This document shows, one piece after another, positions 42,171 through 56,035 of a stretch of DNA of 64,000 nucleotides. The stretch comes from Octopus vulgaris. Its lineage: Eukaryota. Location: contig OX597824.1 in NCBI GenBank assembly GCA_951406725.2, positions 30,256,001 to 30,320,000 on the forward strand, read 5' to 3'. The translations under genes and the position numbers were made by a program. The notes beneath the pieces are model-generated. The model was not told where the DNA came from. It worked only from the letters and a program-made list of their open reading frames with translations, and searched no databases. Each line of letters opens with the position of its first letter. Within the stretch, counting starts at the first letter, position 1.

Positions 42171-42813
42171 TTGACGAAGCTGTAAATAATAGCATGCCGT
42201 TTGGTCAACAGCCTTCTATTTCTTCTATCCAAAAAGGTTTTATTTCGACCCTATATTTACATGCTAATATTTATAGTATATGTGCTTCGATATCTAGTTC
42301 CAGTGTCCCAGCATGGCCACAACCTTTGGCCTGAAACACATAAAAGAATATACGTACATACATGTATGCATAAATATAATCATAAAGGTATGAATACACA
42401 AATATGTACATGCGTATACACACACACACACACACACACATACACGCATATTTCATATATCTTACATGTAAACATATCTGTTTATGTATACGTGCATCAG
42501 TACACGTGTTGTTGCAGTGCTTTTGACGAAGGAGAGTGTCAACAGCTCTCAAAACACACCTCACATTTTATGCATTTTCCTGTTTATAGCTATTAAATGG
42601 CCCCCCCGAGGTCAGGTTATTTTCCTTGTGACCCGAGTTAAATCCCGCGCATTGTTAAGAAGTGAAACGTGTTATGTTTGGTTAATTTTATCAAAATGTC
42701 TGTACAGCGTATAGGACTTCGCTAATGTTGTATTAATGTGTTTCGCTCATAAACGATTTTCCATTTCATGATATAAAAAGGAAAAGCATTTTATTTATTT
42801 TTTTTTCATAGTC

Positions 42814-42886
<73 letters not shown>

Positions 42887-43989
42887 TGTGTGTGTATGGT
42901 TTTATTGTTTAACTCTTAAGTTCTGTTGTATTCTTCTGTCGCACCTTTAAACGTACGGTAGAGAGGTTTTGAATATTTTAACTCATTCGGGAGATGAAAG
43001 AAGCTTCTTCAAACGATTTCAATAAAAGGCACGTATTAGACGGTTATTTGCACGGTAATTTTCCTCCAATTTACTACAAAGACGGGATGGAGTGACGTGG
43101 TTTTTTATTAATTGATTGATATAAAGGAAGTTGACAGAATCAAGATTTATTCTTAAGTAAAATAATTTTACGTTGCTACAATGGTAAAGATTTCGAAGAG
43201 AATTATATAGTTGATTAATTGTACTCCTGTTACGTGCCTGGTATTTCCTTTATCGCTGAATCCAGCAAACATTTCGTTAATAAAAGAACAACTAAAAGTT
43301 CAGGTCACGGACCTTTTATCCAACTCCTAGGAATCCAGAATATACGTGCTAAAGAATTCAGGAAACCGGCTTTATGAGCCTATTGCTCAGGAAAGACCTT
43401 CGATTATTTTTTTTAATACAGTTTAGCTCTTTACTTTTCGTAGTTTATTTTAAGTTTTAATTTTAAGACTGTCTTCAGAAAACCGGAAAATCAAGAAATC
43501 CGGGACATTACTGGTTCTAAGTGTGCTGGATAATTGGTCCAGAATGGTGAGGAAGTAGAACGTCGGACGAAAATGCTACGCACTATTCAGTTTCGTCAGA
43601 GTTGAAATCTTATTCAAGCAGCGGCATAGCTTGAGTGTGTGCCTCCTGGAGCCGCCCTTTAAGGTTTCCACCACCACGGCCCCTTATACAGACTTAAAGG
43701 GCTGGCCCAAAAGTGCCGAACCGACCCTCTCGCCACTGTCTAGCTACGCTGTCTAATGTTGTTAAAACAAATACCAGTTATTCACCAGTAACGAGCTAAT
43801 AAATTATATTCGTCTGTTATAAACATGTGGACTTGTGACAATGTGATAAATCGCGAATAATTAGAGTCACAGGGGGTGCGTGAAGGATCATTGTTGGTAC
43901 GGATTGCACAGCCACTTTCGTGACTCCCAGGCTGGTGGATAACTGGGTGAGAAGGAATAGTATAAACAGTGACGTAGCTACGGTGTATG

Positions 43990-45910
43990 CCACCCGTGAT
44001 ACCCCATAAATTTACCGTCCATCAGCTCCGGACCCCTAAATCTGAGCAGGCTTATACAGCAGACCCAAACATATTGCTCTATATCTATTCAGGACAGACC
44101 ACCCACTCACGCTCACCTCTTTTCATCACTCACCTAGCTACGCATAAAAGCAGTTGGTGGAATAGAAGGTTACATGAAGGATACAAGCACTGTAGAGTTA
44201 ATAGTACGTGGAATGTGAATGAAGATCAATGTGATTGTAATTGATCACCACTTGTTAAGGGTGTCATTGCTGTGATGAGTATGGGCGCGAACGGCCTACT
44301 GGGAAGCTGTTACGGTCAGTGAGGATGGGATATAGTTTGGCGAGGTACAATGTACTGTGAGCGTACAGCTAAAGAGTGAGGACAGTAGAATTGTTGAGTG
44401 AGCTCTAGAAAAAGGAATATTTCTTGTGCGATTGAGGTCAGGGATTTCTATACAAAGTGTGATATGTAACAGATGGTCGAATGTTTCTGGAAGTGAGCTT
44501 CCAGTGAGCTACTAGAATACATTTAAAAAGGGGAGCGAGAGTAAAATTTGAGAGGGAGAGATGAAATGGAGAAGATATTCTAATGCCTTGGACAGAGGAG
44601 GTGATAAGTGGATAACCGTGAAACACTATCTACACGTTGGCCAATAGATAGAATTTCCACGTTCGTTCTCAGCCATTGCCCGAGTAAAAAGAAAACGCTC
44701 AAATCGCCCGCTTCGTCACCTAATGTCATTTCCTTCCTTACTTCCGGTACATCTCTCACTAACGTCCTTTTTAACTTCCGGTGTGGTACCTGCTATGCCA
44801 AAGTCAACAAAGATTAAGTTCGGTCAGTGTTAGCCTTTCGGGATCTGCAGCAGGTCACACAGACGGTAAGGCCGCAGATGTATGTAGGGGGATTCTGAGA
44901 GAACGAAGACAAATGACAGGGGCTTTTGCAACTGTTGATCTGAAATCAGTCTATCTAAAGCTTCATGTGGCTCAGAGTTTGTTAAGTATCAGTTTCAAGA
45001 CATGATGTCTAATCAAAGATTGTGGCGACAGTCCTCAACACGATACTGGAGAAAAAGAGCAAAGTGAAAGAGGTGACTAAGTATTAGATAGATGATATTT
45101 GGGTGGACAACAGCGGTGACAGCAACAAAGGTCATAAATCATCTGAAAATTAGCGGTTGACTGCAAAACTACCGGAAGCGACAACAATGGAAATAGTAGA
45201 GGTTGAAGAAGACAGAGAAAGCAAGCTGGTATTTCGTCAGCCGTTACGTTCTGAGTTCAAATTCCGCCGAGGTCGACTTTGCCTTTCATCCTTTCGGGGT
45301 CGATTAAATAAGTACCAGTTATGCACTGGGGTCGATATAATCGACTTAATCCGTTTGTCTGTCCTTGTTTGTCTTCTCTGTGTTTAGCCCCTTGTGGGTA
45401 GTAAAGAAATAAGTATTTCAGAGAGGGAATGAGATTTCAGATCTAAGACAATCTGAGTCGATAGGAATTATGCTCAATATATAGAAGGCTGGTACGCTAC
45501 TAGTTCTGTCGTTAAAAGGCTCGGGACTACGTTGCTATGTAAAGAGGAAAGATGGTGGGATAGACTGGGGAGATACGGTGAAAGAAAGGTCTGTAGCTCC
45601 GATGAAAAATCCAGTTTAAAATGATAAACGACTGCAACGACCCGATAAATGGATGTTTTGTTTAGGGGCATAAATTAGGCTTTGAGATAGGGGTGCGTAG
45701 TATTGAGAAAAGAGCTTGAATACATGAATTCTGTTCCAAGTTATAAGTGATTTTTTGTGCTCTTAGGGAAAAATAAGGTGGATGTTCTTACAAGGTTGAG
45801 AAAAGCCTGACTGAAAGTGTCAGAGGATTAACAGATAGGGGTAGTCTCAGAGTACCGTTTGCAGAGCATGTAGCTGACGAGACTGCACGGCATGCATAAT
45901 ATTGGAAATG
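43990..45910 (+). mobile_element. Highly degenerate LTR-retroelement remnant with a nested Meta-type SINE (45230-45415)
   Basis: VDLKSVYL and IDDI RT-like remnants near 44930-45110; boundaries uncertain. Confidence 0.4.
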
Positions 45911-46693
45911 ACCTGAAGTAGTCGTAACGCGAGAGATGCACTATTTAGCTGAATTATTTCAGAGTGACTAAGTTCACATCCTGGAAAGGTCAACTCTGCT
46001 TTGCACTTACTTAACTTTCATTAAGTTTGAAAAGAGAAAAAAATTATTAAAATTATATATTCATTGGACAGTAAATACGAAATCATTTCTTCCTTGTTTT
46101 AACAAGAAGTTTACTTACGAACCAACGGTTAAAGTACATTAACATAACTGAGACATTATAACTGAGACGGCAATTCAAGCCATATTGATGTTTCAAAAAG
46201 TGACAAGCTAGAGAGAGATGGAGGGGGGGGGAGAAAGCGAGAGAGACAGACAGATAGACTGAATGACAAAGACAGAGAGAAAGAAAGAGAAAGGACAATA
46301 AGAACGAAAGCCGATCCTGTACTGAGACGTGAGTTGTTTAAACGAACATGTTTAGCTTAAATAGTTTCACTCCTATTAAGGTGAGTTTGTATGGAAACTA
46401 AGACGTCAAACAATAAAGAAAGAAGAAAAATAACTAGAATTTTAACTAACTTGTGAGGGTCTGCGTCAGCAAATAATATTTACTACAATTGTTAAGTTTT
46501 AAAGAGAGGTTTGCGTGCTTTGAGAAGAGGAAAGTTCTCACGTTTCAGACGTGGAGGGGACATTATGTATATTTATTTGCCTATTAGTGTTAACAGAAAA
46601 TATTGGAAAAGCTTTACATAGCCCGTCACCTAATCCTTAAAGATGTGCAAAACAGAGAAGTAAAATTTAGAGCATAAATACGTAGACACACAC

Positions 46694-46727
<34 letters not shown>

Positions 46728-47002
46728 CTAATTGCTTGGCAATTTTTAACATCTATGTATTAGTCTTGTTGGGTACCTATCTAGCAGTATATTGGATGTA
46801 TGTTATCTCATGGTGGGTTGAATTTTTCAACCCCTATCTCATTTTATAATATATATATATATATATATATTTCCACCGCGGCATCCGAAACTCGGAGTTT
46901 TATCATGGCTACCGAATAATTGTCACATATTACATTTACAGATAAATTCCTCTATTTACATAATATCGAAGTCTCTTTCATTCTTTTGTTGTCTTACCAT
47001 TT

Positions 47003-47042
<40 letters not shown>

Positions 47043-47519
47043 TACACTGTTAATGTAAGTTGGGGTGCGTTGCATTCCATTACTTAATAAACGAAAAATG
47101 TAAATAAACAAACCACATAACGTATACTGAGTGTACAACCGGACGGGAGACATACAGAATGTCCTTAGTGCTTCATCAGTTATCAACCAAATAGTATTAC
47201 TCAATTTCACACCATTTATCATTAATGAATTGTCTGTCTCCCGTCCGGTTGTACACTGAGTTTGCGTTATGTCGTTTGTTTATTTACAATACATTTTTTC
47301 CTTTTTTTTCATTTATGATATATATATGTATATTTGAAATATTACATTTCTAAATCTCTGAGAGAGACTTATACAGTAGCAGCACGATAAGGTGATGGTT
47401 TGTTGCCAACTTACTGTGACAGTTCCAGGAAAGGGAAGAGTGCTATTGCTATTTAGTCCCAGGAAACACCGTTTCCAGTTGACTATATGACACATAAGGA
47501 CACAGAAAGCTTGTGTCAT

Positions 47520-47559
<40 letters not shown>

Positions 47560-47679
47560 GGGTCTGTGGTTAAGAAGCTCACTTTGCAACCACATGGTTT
47601 CAGGTTCAGTCCCAATGTTTGGTAACTTGAGCAAGTATCTTCTAGAATCTGGTAACATATAATCCAGTATAACTTGTTG

Positions 47680-48830
47680 CATGGGCGAGTCGTCAGCGAC
47701 TAAACCGGCAACCCTGCCTAGCTTGCTTGGTGAGGAGAGTGATTTTAGACACCCTGGGGACTAAAAACAAACCCGACAAAGAACGGAGGAACTCATAAGA
47801 GTCAATGACCATCCAATAATGCGTGCATATGTCTATGATAGACCACTCCTTGATGATGACTGGTGACATCACCCAAGGGCAGAGATAAACATATCTATAA
47901 TCCGGCCAGCCGCTGCAGTATGGCACTGATGCCAGCATGTCTTGGCTTGTCCTTGCCTGCAGGACAACATTAGTGCTGTATCGAGAGTGATACTAGCCAA
48001 TTGCAAAAGCTAGTTTCATTCCATGACTTTGCAAGTAGTTCTATGGTAAATGAAGTCACAAAGGCAAAAGATTCGTATACCGACTCAGACTTTGTCTGAT
48101 TAAACAAGGTCTATACTGGTTCACTCCTGCTCCGGCAGTTAGTTAAATGTAGGATAGGGCAAAAGAAAATAATGACTATTGCTGGTTGGACTATTAGAAC
48201 ACTACTTGATAAAACCAAATCTGAAAGATCTGACCATCAGACTACTCTAATTGAGAAGGAATTAGATGGATATTACATCGACATAACCACTTTGTTTTGT
48301 GAAACATTTTTACTTGGACATGACAGAATGGTAGATAACGGCTACAAATACTTCTGGAGTGGGAATAAGGAGGAAAGCTAGTGTTGGCCTTGCAATTAGG
48401 AACTCCACCACTCTACAACTGGAGGAAGGCTCAACACCACTTACTGACAGGATCGTAACGAGACTATCACTCCACAAAAAGGTCTATGCCTCAACTGTCA
48501 GTGTCTACACACCTACATTGAATAAGCTGAGAGAGGTGATGTGCAAAGTTCCTTGCAAAAACAAGCAGATAATTTCTGGAGATCTCAATGCAAGAGTAAG
48601 GAGAAATGTAGACAGAAGGCCTGGCCTGGTATGATAGGCAAACATGGAGTAGGAAAATGAAATTTAAATGGTGACTTTCTACTAGCCCTCTGCTCTGAGT
48701 TCAACCTAGTAATTACAAACACTATCTTCAAGAACAAAAAACCATCAAAAACCACTTGGATGCACTCTTGCTCCAAGCATGATTTAGCAAACCGGTGAAG
48801 AAACATCAAGATTGGTTCAGTGAGAACGAC
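47680..48830 (+). mobile_element. Degenerate RTE-type LINE 5' part (AP endonuclease)
   Basis: MTIAGWTIRTL, YKYFWSG, VGLAIR, VSVYTPT, GDLNARV motifs with frameshifts and stops. Confidence 0.75.
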
Positions 48831-48916
48831 ATCCATCTTCTAGAATAACTGTGACTCAAGTAATCCCTTGTGAGTGAATTTGGTTGACGGAAATTCTGTT
48901 GAAGTCTGTCATACTG

Positions 48917-48949
<33 letters not shown>

Positions 48950-48950
48950 T

Positions 48951-49004
<54 letters not shown>

Positions 49005-49353
49005 CATTGTGTTGTGTTTGTCCCCCACCTCTAGTTAACAATAGAAGTTGTTTGTTTTCTGTTCTCATAACTTAGCAATTCAGCAAAATGATATTGATAG
49101 AATAACTACCAGACTTAAAATTACTGGGGTCGATTTATTCAACTAAACTCTTCAAGGTAGTGCCCCAGCATGACCACAGTGAGTGAAACAAAAAAAAAAT
49201 AATGTTACATTGTTTGTTTGTAACTTTCTAGTCTGGGATGTGCACTGGGGGGAGGAGAAAGAGACAGGTAAAGCAGCCAGGTAAAGTAGAAAATGGAAAA
49301 AAATAAATACAAGTCAGAAAAAGAAAGTATAGTTTCTTTTATTATTTTTATAC

Positions 49354-49659
49354 TCAATTAATATTTGTAAATTTAAGATCAAAACTGTCTGCATGGTTGG
49401 TAAATAAAAAATCAAAGTCCTCCATGGAAGATATACTAGAACTGCATGAAAGAAGGTTGTCTTCACACATGCTTGCTAGGTTCCTTGTTACAATATGAGC
49501 ACAACATGGCTGAGCAATATGATCTTCGAGGATCCGAGTTAATTCAGTTTCGAAACTATGTGGTTTACTGCAACAGCAACAAGGCTCTTCGAAGGTGAGA
49601 AAAGAACTGCTAACATCTACGAGATCATCAATGTCGTCCACCAAACAATAATGACAGGC
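49354..49659 (-). CDS. Unknown CxxC-repeat gene, terminal exon (ACHYCLVDDIDDLV...EEPCCCCSKPH...PCCAH...FTNIN*)
   Basis: tttttcag acceptor in phase 0, 101 open codons, TGA, AATAAA about 10 nt after the stop (49343-49338). Confidence 0.7.
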   Translation of the reverse strand, partial: ACHYCLVDDIDDLVDVSSSFLTFEEPCCCCSKPHSFETELTRILEDHIAQPCCAHIVTRNLASMCEDNLLSCSSSISSMEDFDFLFTNHADSFDLKFTNIN

Positions 49660-50047
49660 CTGAAAAATATCGATTTTACATTTTATAATTCAATATTTCT
49701 CAAAAGATAGTATATATCAGCTGAGTAAGAGTGTGTGCATTTATATATGTGCATATGTATATATATAGGGAGAATTCACAAAAAAAAAAGATGAAGACAG
49801 GTGGCATAGACGACAAACAGATGGCTTAGTATAATGCTCGTGAATTGAAAAAGTCTTTAACATTTCAAGCCTACGCTCTTCCACAGAAAGGAACACAGAA
49901 AGAAACAAGGAGAGAAAAAAATGTGTGTAGTGGCTAGCGATCTATCATGGCAAAATCAATGTGTGTGTGTTTATATATTTATATTGTGAAATTTGATTTA
50001 ATACTAAATTGAATTTTTCCCTGTAAGTTTGGAGTTATACTCCCTAA

Positions 50048-50084
<37 letters not shown>

Positions 50085-50087
50085 TAT

Positions 50088-50463
50088 AGGCATAGGAGTG
50101 GTTGTGTGGTAAGTAGCTTGCTTACCAACCACATGATTCCGGGTTCGGTCCCATTGCGTGGCACCTTGGGTAAGTGTCTTCTACTATAGCCTCGGGCCAA
50201 CCAGAGCCATGTGAGTGGATTTGGAAGACGGAAACTGAAAGAAGCCCATCGTATATATGTGTGTGTTTGTGTGTCAGTATTTGTCCTCCCAACATCGCTT
50301 GACAACCGATGCCGGTGTGTTTACGTCCTCGTAACTTAGCAGTTCGGCAAAAGAGACCGATAGAATAAGTACTAGGCTTACAAAGAATAAGTCCTGGGGT
50401 CGATTTACTTGACTAAAGGCAGTGCTCCAGCATGGCCACAGTCAAATGACTGAAATAAGTAAA

Positions 50464-50466
<3 letters not shown>
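50088..50466 (+). mobile_element. SINE family A copy
   Basis: Full length, close to the other well-preserved copies. Confidence 0.88.
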
Positions 50467-50512
<46 letters not shown>

Positions 50513-50687
50513 TGTGTGTGTGTGCATCATGGGTATGAATGTTGACATTCCATGGCTACCACAAACATACACTATAACACTGACACCATAGAGACACCAA
50601 GACACTATTTATTTTTCACAGTGGAAGGAAAAAAATTTTAACCCCTTTAAAATTTGAATATAAAAGGAGTCAATGTTCAATGATTAC

Positions 50688-50750
50688 TTGCATAGTGAAC
50701 AGTGATATCTTGGATTTGACAAGCCTCTTTGGTTATAGTGGCTGTTGCAG
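50688..50750 (-). pseudogene. Degenerate extra repeat exon (..KEACQIQDITVHYA)
   Basis: Clear homology to the 3' half of exon F, but its tag/gtaat boundaries give phase 1-1; read in phase 0 it hits TAA at codon 6. Confidence 0.5.
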
Positions 50751-50897
50751 CTATGACAGATAAATGCAAACTAATGCAGTTGTTAGGCTGAGCTACTTTG
50801 TGAGGCTCAAGGATAGCTCACAAATTAATCCTTGAAATTTAAGCATCAAAATTTCTTAATGAAGATCTCAGATGTTCTACACACACAGACACTTCAT

Positions 50898-51052
50898 CAG
50901 GTGTGGCTGTGTGACTAAGATGTTTGCTTACCAGTTATGTGGTCTTGAGGTCACTTCTACTGCATAACACCTAGGGCAAATGTCTTCTGCTATAGCCTTT
51001 GGCCAACCAAAGCTTTGAGAGGAATTTGATAGATGGAAACTGAAAGACACTT

Positions 51053-51086
<34 letters not shown>

Positions 51087-51290
51087 TTTCTGTCTGTGCC
51101 TTTGTATTTGTTTCTCACCATTGCTTGAAAATTGGTGTTGGTTTGTTTATGTTCCAGTAACTTAGCGGTTTAATAAAAGTGATCAACAAAATAAGTCTTG
51201 AAGTCACTTTGTTTGACTAAATCTTTCAAGGTGGTGCCCCAGCATGACCACAGTCCAATGACTGAAACAAGTAAAAGAAGATAAAAGATC
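50898..51290 (+). mobile_element. SINE family A copy (diverged)
   Basis: Collinear with the other copies. Confidence 0.75.
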
Positions 51291-51579
51291 AATGAAGGAA
51301 CCTCAATATAGCCCTGCATAAAAACTGCAGGCGAATTTCCCTGAAGTTAACACCCTACCATCTTCAGAGATATTACACATTAAATAGTGTAACCCTAGAT
51401 ACATTATACCTGAAGCAAAATATGGGTGATGGTCACAGTTGGAATAACTTTTGATAATAGCTCTACTCAATCAGAGCTCACTTGGTGCCAAATAACAAAA
51501 CCATAAATAACTAATATATATAACAATAAGTAAATAAAAAAGTTTCTATGAATATGAATATATTAGATCATGAACCTAC

Positions 51580-51708
51580 CGGTTCTGGTTCTGCATAGTG
51601 AACTTTGATATCTTGGGGTTGATACACCTCTTTGACAACTCTGGATGTTGAAGCAGCATTGATATCAATGTACTTGTTATCGTTAGTCACGAAGTATTTA
51701 GTGCTACC
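51580..51708 (-). CDS. Unknown CxxC-repeat gene, repeat exon F (GSTKYFVTNDNKYIDINAASTSRVVKEVYQPQDIKVHYAEPEP; CxxC lost)
   Basis: ttttag/gtagg; 129 nt, phase 0-0; aligns with the other repeats (Y.V, AST, PQ.I). Confidence 0.7.
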
Positions 51709-51817
51709 CTAAAATAAAATATATATGTAGTTCACGTAAAGCCATGCACATATACATATGCATACACATACACATGTGTATGTGTGTGTGTAGAAATTGG
51801 GAGAGAGAGATTATTGT

Positions 51818-52407
51818 GAGGCAATAATTAATCCCCACTTAAATGTGGATGTTCTATTGGAATAAGCTATACTGTGGTAGATACCATGAGAGTCACTCTC
51901 ATATTGGCTGCTGTTGCAAAATGTATTCTTGTTTATATCAGCAGAAGGAAGATAAATCCCTGCCATCTCCAGTGCCAAAACCACCAGATCATACAATTTT
52001 GACCTTCTTTGATCTTGTCAATGACGGACACTCAACTGCCAGCGATATATATATTAACAGTGCTTCTGTCACTGATATACATTTTCTAACAAGCTCACTG
52101 GCTAATCGCGACACCAGCATCTATCCTAGAACTGTTATTCTATATATCACTGGTAGGGAGATGAGTCAATGCTACTTCTAGCAGCCGAATGTCTATTCCA
52201 TCATTGACAAGATCAAGGAAGGTCAAAATAACATGATTGGGTGGTCTTGGTGCTGGAAATGGCAGGGATTTATTTCCCCTGTTAGTGATATAAACAAGTA
52301 TACATTTTGCACCAAAAGCCCATATGAGTGTTTCTCTCATGGTATCTACCACAGTATAGTTTGTTCTAATAGAACATCCACGTTTAAGTAGGGATAAATA
52401 TTACCTC
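51818..52407. mobile_element. Foldback element / MITE with about 205-bp inverted arms
   Basis: 51818-52024 is the imperfect reverse complement of ~52201-52407; additional short inner inverted repeat. Confidence 0.8.
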
Positions 52408-53028
52408 TTGGTATTAATATTGCCTCTGTTGCAAATGTATATTTTTTAAAGATTATTGTATCCAGTGCTCATGTGCCCTACAGCTCACCAGAAAAGTATG
52501 AAAAGAAAGGGGGAAACAGGAAGCAACAGTAAGACAAGTGTGTTTGATCAGAGTTGAGCAGGGATTAAACAACACCAACAACAACATATATATATATATA
52601 TATACATATATATGTATAATAAGGGACGACCACTTAGGTGGACATCCAATATGCTAGAAGATCACCTACAATCTAACTACAAAGAAAAGAACGTTCTCTA
52701 GAGAAATTCAGCAAACACCAGAACATAAGCAGGTAAGACATGAAAATATACAAAATACAGAATTAATCATAGACCGGTTTCTTCATTAACGATTTTACTA
52801 ACGTAACCATTGTCCATGGACTCTTCAGTACAATCATTCCAATTCAATATAATTTATAGAACTATACACTTAGTGGTCATCCCTTATTATATGCATGTAT
52901 TAAAATTTCTCTGAATTTTCAGATTTTTCTGTATGCTAGGCTACTGGTTTTAAATTGATGTTAATTAAATTAATATTCAATTTATCACCCTCATTATTTA
53001 AATTATATACACACACATATAAATATAT

Positions 53029-53281
<253 letters not shown>

Positions 53282-53359
53282 GTATATGTATATATATATA
53301 TGTATAAGTATACATAAGAGATAATGGTGTCATTGAGACCCAAAGGTGTCAGGTACAGC

Positions 53360-53411
53360 GTCTCCGATGAAGGGATATTATTAATAAATATCCTAGAAAC
53401 AGCTGTAAGAC
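53360..53411 (+). ncRNA. Candidate hammerhead (CCGATGA core, ACAGCTGT palindromic stem III)
   Basis: GTCT-CCGATGA-stem II-GAAAC-AGCT-GTA-AGAC; stem II junction imperfect. Confidence 0.4.
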
Positions 53412-53480
53412 CTTCTATCTATAAATGCTCTAATATCTATACAGCCTTAGTTTTTTATCTTATTACGCAAAAAAAAAAAT

Positions 53481-53585
<105 letters not shown>

Positions 53586-53652
53586 CTCAATGACTTAATA
53601 ATAAACTCACTATAAGCACAGTTAGATCAACTGTGTTAGAATATAAACTTAC

Positions 53653-53778
53653 TTCTGCTTGTTCACCAAGGTCTATGTTGACCTCTTGGGGTTGAGTGGG
53701 TGTTGAAGGAGACTTCATATTTTTGCATATATCACATATTTCCTTCGTGTCATCAGGCACTACATATTCAGCAGAATC
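53653..53778 (-). CDS. Unknown CxxC-repeat gene, repeat exon E (DSAEYVVPDDTKEICDICKNMKSPSTPTQPQEVNIDLGEQAE)
   Basis: ttttag/gtaag; 126 nt, phase 0-0, no stops. Confidence 0.78.
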
Positions 53779-53913
53779 CTAAAATAAGACATATTACATA
53801 CAAGCTTTAGACAAATTTACAAGTACAGTTCTATATTTAAGAGATGAGGAATTATGTACATTATTTACATTATTTACAATTGATGGATATTTGTCCTCAT
53901 CCTGTTTGTTGTT

Positions 53914-53958
53914 AACACAACATTTCGGCTGTATACCCTCCAGCTTTCATCAGGTGTC
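53914..53958 (-). ncRNA. Candidate minimal Penelope-type hammerhead
   Basis: GACAC-CTGATGA-A-AGCTG..CAGCC-GAAAT-GTT-GTGTT; related core at 8079-8114. Confidence 0.5.
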
Positions 53959-54224
53959 TTGGGGAAATTTTCAACCTGGGTTCTCATTCCTAAGGTATTA
54001 TTATTACTCAGGTCACTGCCTGGAATTTGCAAGTGTACATTTAATAAACATACATTCATCTTTGAGATAAACATAGATCCATAACAATCTCTCTCTCTTT
54101 CTCTCTCCCTCTCTCTCTCTCTTTCATCAGATAAATAATGAATTTTTCCCCAGGATATTACTGGTTTGCACAATTATAAACAATAAAAACTTTTAATTGA
54201 TGTGCATTATCCTTTGCACATATT

Positions 54225-54630
54225 AAATATGGTTGTGTGATTAAGAAGCTAAGAAGCTCACTTTGCAACCATGTGATTTGGGGTTCAGTCCCACTGTGTG
54301 GCACCTCCTGAGTAAATGTCTCTTCTATAGTACCAAGACAAGCAATGCCTTGTGAATGAATTTAGTAGATAGAAATTGTGGAAGTCCATCTCGTGTGTGT
54401 GTGTGTGTGTTTATTCTCAACCCCAACCACCCACCACCACCACTTGACAGCTGGTGTTGAGTTGTTTATATGTTTGCAACTTAGCAGTTCAGCAAAAGAG
54501 ATAGATAAAATGAGTACCATATTTAATATTTACAAAAAGATTGTACTAGGGTTCAATTTGTTTGACTAAACCCTTCAATGCCCTAGCAAGGCCACAGTCC
54601 AATGACTAAAATACGTAAACGACATAAAAA
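54225..54630 (+). mobile_element. SINE family A copy (diverged)
   Basis: Collinear with the other copies. Confidence 0.7.
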
Positions 54631-54737
54631 TTTTAACAGCATCTGCTTTTCCAACCAGAGCCTTATATCTTTTAATGTTTAATAATAATGTCACTCCATA
54701 CAAACTAAGACAAAAATGTGTAAGATTATAAGCTTAC

Positions 54738-54869
54738 TTGTTCTTGTTTAGAAACATCTATGTTGATCTCACGGGGTTCACAGGTCTCTTTAGATTGAGC
54801 AAATGTTGAAAAAGGCACAAGGGCTCTGCACGCATTACATGTTTCTACATTACTACCACGTACTTGATA
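54738..54869 (-). CDS. Unknown CxxC-repeat gene, repeat exon D (YQVRGSNVETCNACRALVPFSTFAQSKETCEPREINIDVSKQEQ)
   Basis: ttttaaag/gtaag; 132 nt, phase 0-0. Confidence 0.75.
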
Positions 54870-55452
54870 CTTTAAAATGAAACAAGCACATACATAAATA
54901 TATATATTTTGTAGAATAACCAAGATCATATAACTCCATAGTATACAAGAGAGTAACTTTTGTGATTATGTAGAAACACAGAGCCAGAAGTACAGTGATA
55001 GAACACAGACTATGTAGTGGCCTTTTGAAAAACACTCTGCAACTAGGGAGTGTAATGAATCATCAGTAGTTCATATATCTGAAAAAGAAGCATACTCTAA
55101 AAGATTAGAGCAGCAAAATGTTTTTAAGAAGTTAATTGTTAAAGCTATACAGGCAACTCATCAGACTCAAATGGTCAAAGACACATAACCTCTTTACAAC
55201 TGGAAAGAGAAAAACGTCATGGTCAGTTAGGTTTATAAATAAAAGATATATATCTAGACTGGCCATGCAAGAGGTGTTACAGGATAGACAGTATTATCTC
55301 TCTTATATCAGTTACAATATTAGTAATATTCAAAGATACTGTCACAGTTTTATTCAACAAATGGTGGTGAAGCCCAAGCTTGTAGCAGGAAACGTCTTTG
55401 ATGAGGGCACTGACTAATTACTTCTTTCCTGGAGTTTAAAATGTTTCCTGAA

Positions 55453-55483
<31 letters not shown>

Positions 55484-56035
55484 ACTTCATCATCATTTAA
55501 CATCAATGTTCTATGCTGGCATGGATTGGACAGTCTGACAGGATCTCATAGGTTCAAAGACAGCATCATGCTCTAATGTCTGCTTCTGCATGGTATCTAC
55601 AGCTGGATGCCTTTTCAAACACCAACCACTTTACAGTATCTACTGGGCACTAATTTTTGTGCCACTGGCAGCAGTGAGAGTGTCAGGTTTGAGTGAAAGG
55701 ATCTTGGTAGAGCTGGTCCTTATAGAGGGACTACATGACTACTCACATTTACAGGAGAGAGCGAGAATGAATCAGTAGCATCTCCAAAGAGATAAAGGGA
55801 TAAATAGTGGTGTTCAGGTGATATCTCAGGGTATGAAGTGAGTAGTAGTGGATGTCCAGCCGATGTCAACATGGCACATGGGTGTTAAATAATGATGAAG
55901 ACGTTGCATATGTAATTTGTAAATGAATTTGAAAATGTACATTTAATAACCATACATTTACTGACCTCTGCAGATGGTTAAAACATAAAGCTCTCTTTGT
56001 TAAATAAATTGAAAAGACTAATTTATTTCACCTAC

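Noticed and set aside
51843-52352. Two similar ORFs on opposite strands (…KSLP.P.P.PP.H.ILTF.DLVNDG)
   Set aside because: They are simply the two arms of the inverted repeat
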